The notes: a model not told the origin generated them from the sequence alone. 64,000 nt of DNA from Bacillota bacterium (GCA_023387635.1 JAEWHU010000091.1:2644-66643), one strand, 5' to 3'; shown: positions 1-10,921, counted from the first letter of the stretch. A program made the numbers and translations.

Positions 1-453
1 GAAACATTAATAATTAGTATATTTACACCATTATTGGTTGGATTAATTTCTAGTTTATTATCTAATAATTCAAGAAATACATATATGGAGCTTATAAAAC
101 CACCACTTAGCCCACCAGGCATTATATTTCCTATTGTATGGATTATTTTATATATTTTGATGGGTATTGCATCTTATTTTATATTTATATCTGATTCAGA
201 ATATAAGGTTAAAGCAATAAATTTATATAGAACATCGTTAATATTTAATTTTTTCTGGAGTATAATTTTCTTTCGTTTAGAACTATATTTATTAGCATTT
301 GTATGGTTATTAGTTTTAATATATATTATTATTAATATGATTATCACATTTTATAAAATAAAGCCATTATCAGCATATTTATTAATTCCTTATTTGATAT
401 GGTGTTTGTTTGCGGCCTATTTGAATCTAGCCATATATATTCTAAACAAATAG
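1..453 (+). CDS. TspO/MBR family tryptophan-rich sensory protein, 5' end outside the window
   Basis: Frame 1 is open from base 1 (ETLIISIFTPLLVGLISS...). The sequence is multi-TM and rich in aromatic residues (PPGIIFPIVWIILYILMGIA, FFWSIIFF, IPYLIWCLFAAYLN), which is typical of TspO. Confidence 0.8.
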   Translation, partial: ETLIISIFTPLLVGLISSLLSNNSRNTYMELIKPPLSPPGIIFPIVWIILYILMGIASYFIFISDSEYKVKAINLYRTSLIFNFFWSIIFFRLELYLLAFVWLLVLIYIIINMIITFYKIKPLSAYLLIPYLIWCLFAAYLNLAIYILNK

Positions 454-538
454 AGGGAAATTTCTAACCCTATTTGTGTCGTTATTTTTGTGTTTTTGGT
501 GTTATATTTCCATGTTAATAAAAAAAGCAAAATTATTG

Positions 539-567
539 TTGACAAAAACAGCTTTCTAGTATAGAAT
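539..567 (+). promoter_or_regulatory. sigma-A type promoter upstream of tRNA-Trp
   Basis: TTGACA (539-544), a 17 nt spacer, then TAGAAT (562-567). Confidence 0.6.
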
Positions 568-663
568 ATAAAAGCAGTGTTCGTTAATTGTACACAGCAC
601 TTATTTAAGAGTATATTTGGATAGCATAATAATAGTGTCCCAAATTACCAATACAAATAGCAG

Positions 664-734
664 AGGGGATTCATACAGCGGCAGTATGACGGTCTCCAAA
701 ACCGTTCACGGGAGTTCGAATCTCTCATCCCCTG
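664..734 (+). tRNA. tRNA-Trp (anticodon CCA), no encoded 3' CCA
   Basis: Hand-folded cloverleaf of 71 nt. Acceptor AGGGGAT/ATCCCCT, D arm ATAC-AGCGGCA-GTAT, anticodon stem ACGGT/ACCGT with loop CTCCAAA, T arm GGGAG-TTCGAAT-CTCTC, discriminator G. Confidence 0.85.
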
Positions 735-739
735 CTCTA

Positions 740-789
740 AAATCCTTTGAAATCCTAATGTTTAGGAAGTTTAAAGGATTTATTTTTTG
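740..789 (+). terminator. intrinsic terminator after tRNA-Trp
   Basis: AAATCCTTT (740-748) pairs with AAAGGATTT (773-781). There is an inner TCCTAA/TTAGGA pairing, and the hairpin is followed by ATTTTTTG. Confidence 0.7.
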
Positions 790-874
790 TATAATTATTT
801 AGTTTAAATTAGAAGATTATGAACATACTAAGTAGTTGTAACATATGATAAACCTACGGATAGGAGAAAAATAT

Positions 875-1099
875 ATGGAGACAAGGCATATTAAGTTATC
901 AGATGTGGCAGATGTGAAAAAGTTTGTTAATGCTGCTGAAAAATGTGACTTTGACATTGATATTTCTTATAATAGAATTATTATAGATGCCAAATCATTG
1001 ATTGGTGTTTTAAGTTTAGACTTATCAAAAATATTGAAAGTTGAATATAGAGGATTTGATCAAAACTTTGAAGATGTAATCAGGCAGTATGAAGTATAA
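875..1099 (+). CDS. HPr-family-like small protein lacking the His15 region (Crh-like)
   Basis: AGGAG lies 7 nt upstream of the ATG at 875. DAKSLIGVLSL resembles the HPr Ser46 region. No GLHARPA-type His15 motif is present. Confidence 0.65.
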   Translation: METRHIKLSDVADVKKFVNAAEKCDFDIDISYNRIIIDAKSLIGVLSLDLSKILKVEYRGFDQNFEDVIRQYEV

Positions 1100-1132
1100 C
1101 AAAAACTTAAAAAGAAATACCCTAAAATAGAA

Positions 1133-1175
1133 CGCCCCAATGCTAGAGTTAAAGTAGCTTTGGGGTGTCTTTTTA
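1133..1175. terminator. bidirectional hairpin between the HPr-like gene and the convergent GGDEF/EAL gene
   Basis: CGCCCCAA pairs with TTGGGGTG. A T-run lies on the + side (TCTTTTT) and an A-run on the upstream side. Confidence 0.55.
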
Positions 1176-3662
1176 TGTACTTTGTAATAATGTTAATAAT
1201 TCATCTGGTAATAAGGGTTTACTAAACAAATAACCTTGCATAATGTCACATTTTTTATTTTTTAAAATATCTAGCTGTTCCGTATATTCTACTCCTTCAG
1301 CAATAACATTCAGGTTGATGTTATGTGCTAGCTGAATGATAGTTTCTGCTATAAAGGAGTCTTTACTATTAAAGTTAATATTGTCTATAAAAGATTTATC
1401 AATCTTTAGTGTGTTTATTGGCATGCTAGTCAAATAATTCAAGGATGAATAGCCTGTACCAAAATCATCTAGTGAAATACGAACTCCTAATTTACTTAAA
1501 TCATTTAATAATGTAATGGTGTCAGTAAGAGAGGAAACGATGGTGCTTTCAGTGATCTCAAGTTCTAAATATTCTGGTGAAAGTTTGGTGTCTTTTAGTA
1601 TACGATCGACTGTATGAATGAAATTAGGACGGCTCATTTGTACAGACGATATATTAACTGAAATTATATAATATGATAATCCCATATCGTGTAAGCTTTT
1701 CGTGTATTTGCAAGCTTCGTGTAGAATCCATTCACCTAATTCTATAATAAGACCGCTTTCTTCAGCAATTGGTATGAATTCAGAAGGTGATATATCACCT
1801 AGCTTAGCATTGTTAATTCTCATTAGTGCTTCGAAGCCAATAACTTTTCCAGATAAAATATCTACTTGTGGCTGATATTTTACGTAGACTTCCTTGTTTC
1901 TAATTGCACCCCGTAGTACATCAAGAATTTGTGTATTACGATGAAGTTCATTTTCCATAGTTTGGTCAAATAAAGTGTATTTATTTTTACCAGTGGCTTT
2001 CGATTTGTACATGGCAATATCTGCATTTTTTATTAAGATATTGGTAGAAGTCCCATTCTTAGGGTATAAAGCAATACCGATACTAATAGATACGTAAGTT
2101 AACTCTCCTTTTAATTTGAAAGGTGCTTTAAAGGAATTTAATACTTTTAATGCAATGCTTTCAGCATTTTGTTGAGTTTTTATAGATTCTAAAAATAATA
2201 AGAATTCATCACCACCAACTCTTGAGACAATATCATCCGCCTGACTAAGAGATAACAATCTATCAGCAACTTGCACTAATAACTCATCACCATATTCGTG
2301 TCCCAAGGTATCATTAATATTCTTAAAATCATCTAGGTCAATATAATAAATAGCATGTACCGCTTCTTTGCCTATGGAGCCATTTATAGTATCATTTATA
2401 ATATTAATTAAGGATAATTTGTTAGGAAGATCAGTTAGCGTATCGTGATATGCTAAATATTCTATTTGATTATAATTATCCCTTAATTCTTCTTCATTGG
2501 TTATTAATTCATCGTGCATGCTTGAGAGTTCCTTGTAATTACTTCGGATAATGTGAAGCATCTTATTAAAGCACCTAGATAGTTCACCAAATTCATTTTT
2601 TGATTTAATATTGGACTGGACATCAAGATCCCCGGCAGCAGCTAAGGTCATGGTATCTTTTAATTCAATTATTGGTTTTGTATATTTATGTGTTATAGAA
2701 ATACTAAGAAGGATCATTATTATTGTAAATATGACCACCGCCCATATTATAATATAAAGATTTACTTTTGCTAAATCGATTATTTCAGGTATATCTTGTT
2801 GAATTAATAAAACCCAATCCAATTCAGGAATAACGCTATATCCATAAAGATGTTTCGTTCCGTCGCTTGTAAGCATAAAAGTATTACTTTTATCAATATA
2901 TCCCTTATAATAATTAGTTACTAAGTTACGTAATTTTTCTGTTTCCATTTTGGTGCCTATTAAGGATTCATCAGGATGATAAATAATCTTTCCTGTTTTA
3001 TCTAATATTATACCATAACCGGTTTCACCAATAACGATAGATTTAATAAAATCTTCAAAATGTGAGATACTTATAGTAGATATAAGATAACCTATAATGG
3101 AATTGTTGCTATCTGAATTAAGTAAAATAGGACAGCCTATTTCTATGCAGAAAACATCATTACCATTATTATCTTTAGTAAGAATTAATCCACTCACACC
3201 AATGGAAGTTTGTCTCGTAATACTAATGTAAGATAGAGTGATGCTATCTTTATAGGTAGAACCGATTTTTTCTTTATTTGAACTACCGACTACTTGTTTT
3301 GCATTATTATATAAGGTAATGTCCAAACATGAGGGGTATAGAAGAAAACGAGAATTTAATAAGTTATTACCATTTTGTGAGAGGTATGTACTAATATTAG
3401 GTTTTTTATTTGCATTTTGCATACTATTCAATGCTAAATTATAGATCTGATTCTGGAGGGATAAAAGGGTAACTTCGGTTTTTTGATTTTCAACCAGGGC
3501 TTTTAGTCCATTACTATTTGTTTCGGCTAATTGCCATAGATTATCACCTTTTGCATTTATTAATCTACTGGTATTTAAATTATAAGCTAAGATAGACACA
3601 AGAATTAATGGGACTATTGAACATAAAATTAAGGTAACTCTTAACGTTTTTCTAATGGACAT
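1173..3662 (-). CDS. membrane sensor diguanylate cyclase/phosphodiesterase (Cache-like periplasmic domain, HAMP, GGDEF, EAL)
   Basis: 829 aa with an N-terminal TM, a second TM (YIIIWAVVIFTIIMILL), an intact GGDEF motif (RVGGDEFLL) and an EAL motif (GFEALMRI). Confidence 0.9.
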   Translation of the reverse strand: MSIRKTLRVTLILCSIVPLILVSILAYNLNTSRLINAKGDNLWQLAETNSNGLKALVENQKTEVTLLSLQNQIYNLALNSMQNANKKPNISTYLSQNGNNLLNSRFLLYPSCLDITLYNNAKQVVGSSNKEKIGSTYKDSITLSYISITRQTSIGVSGLILTKDNNGNDVFCIEIGCPILLNSDSNNSIIGYLISTISISHFEDFIKSIVIGETGYGIILDKTGKIIYHPDESLIGTKMETEKLRNLVTNYYKGYIDKSNTFMLTSDGTKHLYGYSVIPELDWVLLIQQDIPEIIDLAKVNLYIIIWAVVIFTIIMILLSISITHKYTKPIIELKDTMTLAAAGDLDVQSNIKSKNEFGELSRCFNKMLHIIRSNYKELSSMHDELITNEEELRDNYNQIEYLAYHDTLTDLPNKLSLINIINDTINGSIGKEAVHAIYYIDLDDFKNINDTLGHEYGDELLVQVADRLLSLSQADDIVSRVGGDEFLLFLESIKTQQNAESIALKVLNSFKAPFKLKGELTYVSISIGIALYPKNGTSTNILIKNADIAMYKSKATGKNKYTLFDQTMENELHRNTQILDVLRGAIRNKEVYVKYQPQVDILSGKVIGFEALMRINNAKLGDISPSEFIPIAEESGLIIELGEWILHEACKYTKSLHDMGLSYYIISVNISSVQMSRPNFIHTVDRILKDTKLSPEYLELEITESTIVSSLTDTITLLNDLSKLGVRISLDDFGTGYSSLNYLTSMPINTLKIDKSFIDNINFNSKDSFIAETIIQLAHNINLNVIAEGVEYTEQLDILKNKKCDIMQGYLFSKPLLPDELLTLLQST

Positions 3663-3806
3663 AGTGTTCCTCTTTCTCAGTATAATTCTTTCTATTACAT
3701 CTACTATATTTTACCAAAAACTATCAATTTATGCAATGTTTATGTCGAATTTAGAAAATGTTTTTAATTATTTAATACTTATTTCTTGCTATTAAGAAAA
3801 TTGTTG

Positions 3807-5059
<1,253 letters not shown>

Positions 5060-5082
5060 CAAATATAATTTCTAGGAGGAAT

Positions 5083-5403
5083 ATGATGAAAAATTTAGTT
5101 TTACTTACTCAACCAACAGGTGCGGAAACATTACCATTTACAATTATATGGATTGTTCTTATGGTTGCAGTATTTTATTTCTTAATGATTCGCCCACAAA
5201 AGAAACAACAAAAAGCACATGAAGCATTATTATTAACAATTGCTGATGGTGATAGTGTTTTAACTACTAGTGGTTTCTATGGTGTTGTAATTGACGTTAT
5301 GGATGAAGTTGTTATCGTAGAATTTGGTAATAACAAAAATTGCCGTATCCCAATGAAAAAATCTGCTATTGTAGAAATTGAAAAACCAAATAGCGGTGAA
5401 TAA
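5083..5403 (+). CDS. yajC: preprotein translocase subunit YajC
   Basis: Single TM followed by FYFLMIRPQKKQQK and GDSVLTTSGFYGVV motifs. It sits downstream of tgt, as in many Firmicutes. Confidence 0.9.
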   Translation: MMKNLVLLTQPTGAETLPFTIIWIVLMVAVFYFLMIRPQKKQQKAHEALLLTIADGDSVLTTSGFYGVVIDVMDEVVIVEFGNNKNCRIPMKKSAIVEIEKPNSGE

Positions 5404-5410
5404 TAATACA

Positions 5411-5449
5411 AAACAAGCTCTGAATATTAATACCAGAGCTTGTTTTTTT
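5411..5449 (+). terminator. intrinsic terminator after yajC
   Basis: AAACAAGCTCTG pairs with CAGAGCTTGTTT and is followed by TTTTT. Confidence 0.75.
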
Positions 5450-5502
5450 ATAAAATTTATGAGTTCAAACATATACTGCTGAACTATATATAGTTTAGAT
5501 AT

Positions 5503-6360
5503 TTACTTTAAGTTAGCTTCAAGGGTCTCAAGCATAGAATATGGTATTTTAAGATTACCAAATCCAACACCTAGTTTTATGTTCGGTTTATTATCACCAT
5601 GAAAATCAGAACCACCGCTAAATAGTAGACCGAATTTATTACCAATACGTCTTAAATGTCCTTCATCAAAACCAGTATTGCTAGAATGAATTACCTCAAT
5701 TCCATCTAAATGAAATTGACATAAATACTCAACTAATTCTTCAACTTCTAAAAGTGTATATTTATATAAAAGTGGATGGGCTAGAATTGCTAATCCGCCT
5801 GCTTCATGGATTAATTTTATCCCCATTTCAGGTGTTAGATATTCTCTTTTCACATAATAAGGACTTTCATCATTGAGATACTTATCAAAAGCATCTTTGA
5901 TTGATTTTGTATAGCCCTTGGCGGTTAAATATTTTGCAAAATGTGCTCTCGTAAGTACAGCATCTCCTTCCATTTCACGCATTTTCTTAATACTTATATC
6001 AATGCCAGCTTGGTTTAAATTCTGCACCATTTTTTCATTTCTTTCGTCGCGTTTCATTATTGCTTTTAATAATTCGTTCTTCAAAGTTTGATTATTAGGG
6101 TCAATGAACAATCCTAATATATGAACATCTTTATTTTTATAAGAAACGGATAACTCAGTTCCAGGAATAATTCTAATAAATTGACCATTAAGGGATGCCT
6201 CCCTTGCTGCTTCTAAAGCTTCTTCTACTCCATAGGCAGTATCGTGGTCTGTTAATGCTATAGCGCTAAGATTACTCTTTATGGCAAGCTCTACAACTCC
6301 CTTAGGGGATAAAGTTCCGTCTGATGCATTTGAATGTACGTGAAGATCAACTAAATTCAT
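5503..6360 (-). CDS. PHP-domain phosphoesterase (TrpH/YciV-like)
   Basis: MNLVDLHVHSNASDGT is followed by LTDHDT and GGSDFHG metal-binding motifs. GGAGGAG lies upstream of the ATG at 6360. Confidence 0.85.
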   Translation of the reverse strand: MNLVDLHVHSNASDGTLSPKGVVELAIKSNLSAIALTDHDTAYGVEEALEAAREASLNGQFIRIIPGTELSVSYKNKDVHILGLFIDPNNQTLKNELLKAIMKRDERNEKMVQNLNQAGIDISIKKMREMEGDAVLTRAHFAKYLTAKGYTKSIKDAFDKYLNDESPYYVKREYLTPEMGIKLIHEAGGLAILAHPLLYKYTLLEVEELVEYLCQFHLDGIEVIHSSNTGFDEGHLRRIGNKFGLLFSGGSDFHGDNKPNIKLGVGFGNLKIPYSMLETLEANLK

Positions 6361-6495
6361 AAACTCCTCCCTTTCTTTGTATAATATATGAAAAAAGTAT
6401 AACACGAATAGTAGGTTATCACAATAAAAGTTAGAAAAAGAATATTCCTTATTTTTATTTAATATATTACAGTATAAATATAAAGGAGTAATAGA

Positions 6496-6870
6496 ATGGA
6501 GAGAATACTACATAGGAATTCACGAGTAATCGTAATGCTAAGAGTTTTATTAGTAACCTATTTATTGACTGGGTTATTATTAACGCTATTATCTGTTATT
6601 ATGTTAAAAACAAATGTACAAAATGGAGTGTTACTTGGAGGAATTATTGTAACTTACATATTTTCAAATTTACTTGGTGGTTTTTTACTAGGAAAAGGTG
6701 CAGAAAAGAAACGGTTTTTATGGGGACTTGTAATGGGACTTATTTATTTTATTGTATTAATTTTTATTTCAATATTAACAAATTCAGTCATGGGAATGGA
6801 AGTTGGTAAGAGTATTATGGTTATGGCTATCTGCATGGTAAGTGGTATGATAGGCGGTATGCTTAGTTAA
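6496..6870 (+). CDS. small 4-TM membrane protein (YrzE/TIGR04086-like)
   Basis: 124 aa, entirely hydrophobic helices, GGAG RBS. The family assignment is from memory only. Confidence 0.55.
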   Translation: MERILHRNSRVIVMLRVLLVTYLLTGLLLTLLSVIMLKTNVQNGVLLGGIIVTYIFSNLLGGFLLGKGAEKKRFLWGLVMGLIYFIVLIFISILTNSVMGMEVGKSIMVMAICMVSGMIGGMLS

Positions 6871-7024
6871 AAAGTTATATAATTAATATTTGTAAATAAT
6901 TATAAAAATACTTTTCTAAAGTTATGTGTTGTGATATAATTATTTAGACGTTTATAGACAAAAGATGACATTAATAAATTCTAGATTATATAGGTAGCTA
7001 ATTATTAGAATATAGAGGCATAAC

Positions 7025-7061
7025 ATAAGCAGCGTCATAAGATGCTGCTTATATTATTTTT
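7025..7061 (+). terminator. intrinsic terminator in the region between the membrane-protein gene and recJ
   Basis: ATAAGCAGC pairs with GCTGCTTAT and is followed by ATTATTTTT. Confidence 0.65.
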
Positions 7062-7153
7062 AGATTAGCAATATATTCTATTTACATAACAAGCTTTTTG
7101 TGGTAAGCATTACTTAGAACGAATGACGAATTTAAAAGGTAGAAAGATTAGTA

Positions 7154-7214
7154 AGAGTGAAAGAAAATATTTATTTAGAAAGGTTGCCAAGATGTAATTC
7201 TTTCGCTCTTTTTT
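7154..7214 (+). terminator. second terminator-like long hairpin upstream of recJ
   Basis: AGAGTGAAAGAA pairs with TTCTTTCGCTCT (one G-U pair) around a loop of about 32 nt, followed by TTTTT. Confidence 0.4.
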
Positions 7215-7263
7215 ATTATGGCAGTATCGCAGACCAGTCTGAGATATGCAATAGGTGTAAAAC

Positions 7264-9039
7264 ATGGAAAAATGGGTTTTAAAAAATAAAAAGGCAGATT
7301 TTGATAAAATTGTTAAGGAACATAATATTAGTGAAGTTCTAGCAAGACTATTAGTGAATAGAGATATAATTGAAAGTGATGATATTCATAAGTTTTTATA
7401 TTCTGATTTAAATAATTTACACGAACCAAAGAAAATGAAAGATATTGTTAAAGCAAGTCAAATTATAAGTGATAAAATTAGAAGGAATGAAAGAATCCGT
7501 ATAGTAGGTGATTATGATGTGGATGGAGTAGCTTCCACTTATATTTTATACACTGCTCTCTTAGCATGCGGGGCAAATGTAGATTATGAAATTCCTGATA
7601 GGATTAAAGATGGATATGGAATAAATATTAATATTATTGAAGAAGCGTATGAAGATGGAATTGATACTATTATTACTTGTGATAATGGTATCGCGGCTAT
7701 AGAACAAGTGAAAAGAGCTAATGAACTTGGCATAACAATTATTATAACGGATCATCATGACATACCATATTCCTTGACTGATGGCGTTAAAGAGCATCTT
7801 ATTCCAGATGCTAGTGCAGTTGTAAACCCGAAGCAAGAGGTATGTGAATATCCTTTTGATGGACTGTGTGGTGCAGTAGTAGCATTCAAATTTGTTCAAG
7901 TTTTGTATGAAGAATTTCATATACCAAAGGTTGAATTAGATAGTCTTATAGAAGTTGCAGCAATTGCAACCATATGTGATGTTATGGATCTAGTTGATGA
8001 AAATCGTATTATTGTAAAATATGGACTAAAACTTTTGAAAAATACAAGTAATCTAGGAATTAAGGCATTGTTAGAGATAAATAACATACCATTATCTAAA
8101 TTATCAGTATATCATATAGGATTTATCATTGGGCCATGTCTTAATGCATCTGGAAGACTTGATACTGCTAAAAAAGGATTGGAATTGTTACTTTCAAAAT
8201 CGAAAGTAGAAGCAGATGCTTTAGCTTTAGAATTAAAATCACTCAATGATGTAAGAAAAGAAATGACTCTAAAAGGTTTTGAGAAAGCTTTACTTACAAT
8301 TGAAGAGAAACAGATGAATGATGATAAAGTTTTAGTTGTCTATATAGAAAATTGTCATGAAAGTTTAGCGGGGATTATAGCGGGTAGATTAAAAGAAAAG
8401 TTTAATAAACCAGCGATTGTATTAACTGATTCCGAACAAGGTGTAAAAGGTTCCTGTCGATCGATCCCGCAATATAACATATATGAGGAACTTACTAAAT
8501 GTAAAGATTTACTAATGAAATACGGTGGACATCCTATGGCTGCAGGTTTGTCTCTTTCGTATGACAACGTGGATATATTAAGAAAAAAGTTAAATGAAAT
8601 TACAACATTAACAAATGAGGATTTAATTCCTAAAGTCGTTATTGATGTTATCCTGCCATTCGGTTTCGTTTCAGGTGAATTAATTGAAGAGTTAGAATTA
8701 TTAGAACCATTTGGTAAGGGTAACAATAAGCCTATCTTTGCTGAAAGAAATGTGAAAGTGTTGAAGGCAAATCTATTGGGCAAAGATAAAAATGTTTTAA
8801 AATTTAGAGTTGTAAATGAGTATAATAGAGAAATGGAAGCATTGTACTTTGGTAATGTACCAGATATGATTAATGAAATGAAGGCATTGTACGGAGATAA
8901 TGAAGTTGATAAGATGTTTATTAATAGAGATAATGACGTGAAATTATCAATTACATATTATCCAAGCATTAATGAATACGGAGGCAAACAAAATACGCAA
9001 ATAATAATTCAAAATTATCAATTAATAGGGAAAAACTAA
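7264..9039 (+). CDS. recJ: single-stranded-DNA-specific exonuclease RecJ
   Basis: DHH-family motifs are present: GDYDVDGV, TCDNG, ITDHH and GGHPMAAG. Confidence 0.95.
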   Translation: MEKWVLKNKKADFDKIVKEHNISEVLARLLVNRDIIESDDIHKFLYSDLNNLHEPKKMKDIVKASQIISDKIRRNERIRIVGDYDVDGVASTYILYTALLACGANVDYEIPDRIKDGYGININIIEEAYEDGIDTIITCDNGIAAIEQVKRANELGITIIITDHHDIPYSLTDGVKEHLIPDASAVVNPKQEVCEYPFDGLCGAVVAFKFVQVLYEEFHIPKVELDSLIEVAAIATICDVMDLVDENRIIVKYGLKLLKNTSNLGIKALLEINNIPLSKLSVYHIGFIIGPCLNASGRLDTAKKGLELLLSKSKVEADALALELKSLNDVRKEMTLKGFEKALLTIEEKQMNDDKVLVVYIENCHESLAGIIAGRLKEKFNKPAIVLTDSEQGVKGSCRSIPQYNIYEELTKCKDLLMKYGGHPMAAGLSLSYDNVDILRKKLNEITTLTNEDLIPKVVIDVILPFGFVSGELIEELELLEPFGKGNNKPIFAERNVKVLKANLLGKDKNVLKFRVVNEYNREMEALYFGNVPDMINEMKALYGDNEVDKMFINRDNDVKLSITYYPSINEYGGKQNTQIIIQNYQLIGKN

Positions 9040-9080
9040 ATGGGTTTATAAAGCGTAAAAGTTCCTTTGGGAGAGGTAAA

Positions 9081-10193
9081 ATGATCTCAGTTATATTATT
9101 AGAAGATAATGAAAAAAAATTAATAAAGCTCCATAATTATATAAAAGATTATCGAGATTTTGAGATTACTGGAATGTTTACTAAGATAAAAGATGCTCTA
9201 TTGTGTATTGAAGAAAAGAGGCCTGAAATAGTTTTCTTTGGAGTAAGTACTTCTTACTTAACCGATATGGACATAATAAATAATATTAGAAAAATAACAA
9301 AAACAAGTAAAATCATCTTGGTTATTATAGAAGAAAATTTCGATTATATATTTTTTGAATTAAAGGAAATAGTACATGACACAGTGTATAAGAGTGGCTA
9401 TGATTTTTTATTACCAGGTTCGCTAACGCTAACAACTACTGGAAAAAGCATAAAAAAAAGCAACAAGCGTCAAATAACTTGTTTTGGAAATTTTACAATT
9501 GTTAATAAAGAGGATGTAACTTTTGTGAAATGGCGAACGAAAAAGGTTAAGGAATTGTTTGCATATTTAATATGTAGATATGATAAGAAAATTTCAAAAG
9601 ATGAATTAATTAGTATTCTATTTAATGGTGAAGATAAAACAAAGGCCCTGAATCACTTGTATGTTACTATGTCCTACTTAAGAAAACATTTGAAAGATAT
9701 GGGTCTTACAAGAAAAGAATTTTTAATTAAAAATGATTATACTTTAGAAATAATGGATAATGTTTGTGATTTTATTGATTTCGATCGTTTTATTTTGAGA
9801 AATTCTTTTATTGATGACGATAATATAGAAGAAGCAGAAGAAATAACCGAGTTGTATCATGGTATGTTTTTCGAAGAAGAAGATTATGTTTGGGCATATG
9901 ATATACGTGAGTTTGCTGATAAAAAATATGAAGAGCTTCTCTTAATGATAAGTGACTATTTTAGAGAAAAGAATATGATGAAGAAAGCAGAAAAGGCATT
10001 GTTAAAAATATTAGATCATAATGCCTTATCATTAAATGCCTATTATCAATTATTGGATTTGTATATATTTTGCAATCGTAAAGAGATGTTTAAAAAGGAA
10101 TATCAAAAATATGATAGTATAGTAAGGTGTGAATTTAATGATATTCCTGAAAAAAGATATGTACGTTTTTATAATTCTTTAATAAATGAATAA
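9081..10193 (+). CDS. pseudo-receiver / SARP-type (winged-helix + BTAD) transcriptional regulator
   Basis: The N-terminus is CheY-like (ILLEDNE), but the acceptor position reads EIVFFGVSTS. A winged helix follows (WRTKKVKELFAYLI), then a helical BTAD-like C-terminus. Confidence 0.65.
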   Translation: MISVILLEDNEKKLIKLHNYIKDYRDFEITGMFTKIKDALLCIEEKRPEIVFFGVSTSYLTDMDIINNIRKITKTSKIILVIIEENFDYIFFELKEIVHDTVYKSGYDFLLPGSLTLTTTGKSIKKSNKRQITCFGNFTIVNKEDVTFVKWRTKKVKELFAYLICRYDKKISKDELISILFNGEDKTKALNHLYVTMSYLRKHLKDMGLTRKEFLIKNDYTLEIMDNVCDFIDFDRFILRNSFIDDDNIEEAEEITELYHGMFFEEEDYVWAYDIREFADKKYEELLLMISDYFREKNMMKKAEKALLKILDHNALSLNAYYQLLDLYIFCNRKEMFKKEYQKYDSIVRCEFNDIPEKRYVRFYNSLINE

Positions 10194-10204
10194 AATCAAA
10201 ATTT

Positions 10205-10246
10205 GCTAGTAACAAAGATAAGTTGTGCTTTGTTACTAGCTTTTTT
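10205..10246 (+). terminator. intrinsic terminator
   Basis: GCTAGTAACAAAG pairs with CTTTGTTACTAGC and is followed by TTTTTT. Confidence 0.8.
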
Positions 10247-10426
10247 GATATATGGGGAAAATATATGTTGTTAAGGTTTTGTTAAGGATTATGTCATATA
10301 ATGTTACAATTGTGTGAAAAAAGAGATTTTGGAAAAAGAAAATAATAATCAAGAAAATAATTGCTAAGAAGATAAGTAATTCATTGGCTTAGTAAATTTA
10401 GAATTAATAGAAAGGAGAGGATATAA

Positions 10427-10828
10427 GTGCCGCGTTCTGTAGAACCGCTATTCGAATTGTTTGTATATGAAACGAATCAACTATTAGAACAATTAGAAAA
10501 GAATATACTTGATTGTGAACAAACTAAAACATTTGACATTGATACAATGAATGATATTTATGGTAATATACGCACAATAAGAGGGTCAGCAGCTATGATG
10601 TTATACACCTCAATATCAACAGTAGCCAATGCACTTGAAAATTTGTTTCATAGTTTGAGAAAACAAGAAAAAGAAGGGCATAATTATAACGAAATAGCAG
10701 ATATTGTATTTCGTATATCTGATTATATAAAAGGTGAATTGGATAAAATTGAAGATGGAATAGAACCTTATGGCAATCCAGAGTGCTTTATTAAAGAAGT
10801 GAATAATTTGTTAAATAAGATTAATTGA
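10427..10828 (+). CDS. Hpt / CheA-P1-like four-helix protein lacking the phospho-His
   Basis: GTG start 8 nt after AGGAGAGG. LFELFVYETNQLLEQLE and IRTIRGSAAMM align by eye to the CheA P1 motif (..H..KG..) with Arg in place of His. Confidence 0.6.
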   Translation: MPRSVEPLFELFVYETNQLLEQLEKNILDCEQTKTFDIDTMNDIYGNIRTIRGSAAMMLYTSISTVANALENLFHSLRKQEKEGHNYNEIADIVFRISDYIKGELDKIEDGIEPYGNPECFIKEVNNLLNKIN

Positions 10829-10892
10829 AGTAGTTATGTCAAACATAAAAGGCAAAAAACAGCTTAATATCCTTGATTAATTAATAAATTAA

Positions 10893-10921
10893 TTGATATT
10901 TATAAATGGAGATGCTATAAT
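10893..10921 (+). promoter_or_regulatory. sigma-A promoter of apt
   Basis: TTGATA (10893-10898), a 17 nt spacer, then TATAAT (10916-10921). Confidence 0.55.

Noticed and set aside
617-802. 61 aa ORF from the ORF track.
   Set aside because: It is read straight through the tRNA-Trp gene (664-734) and its terminator. It has no RBS and is an artefact.
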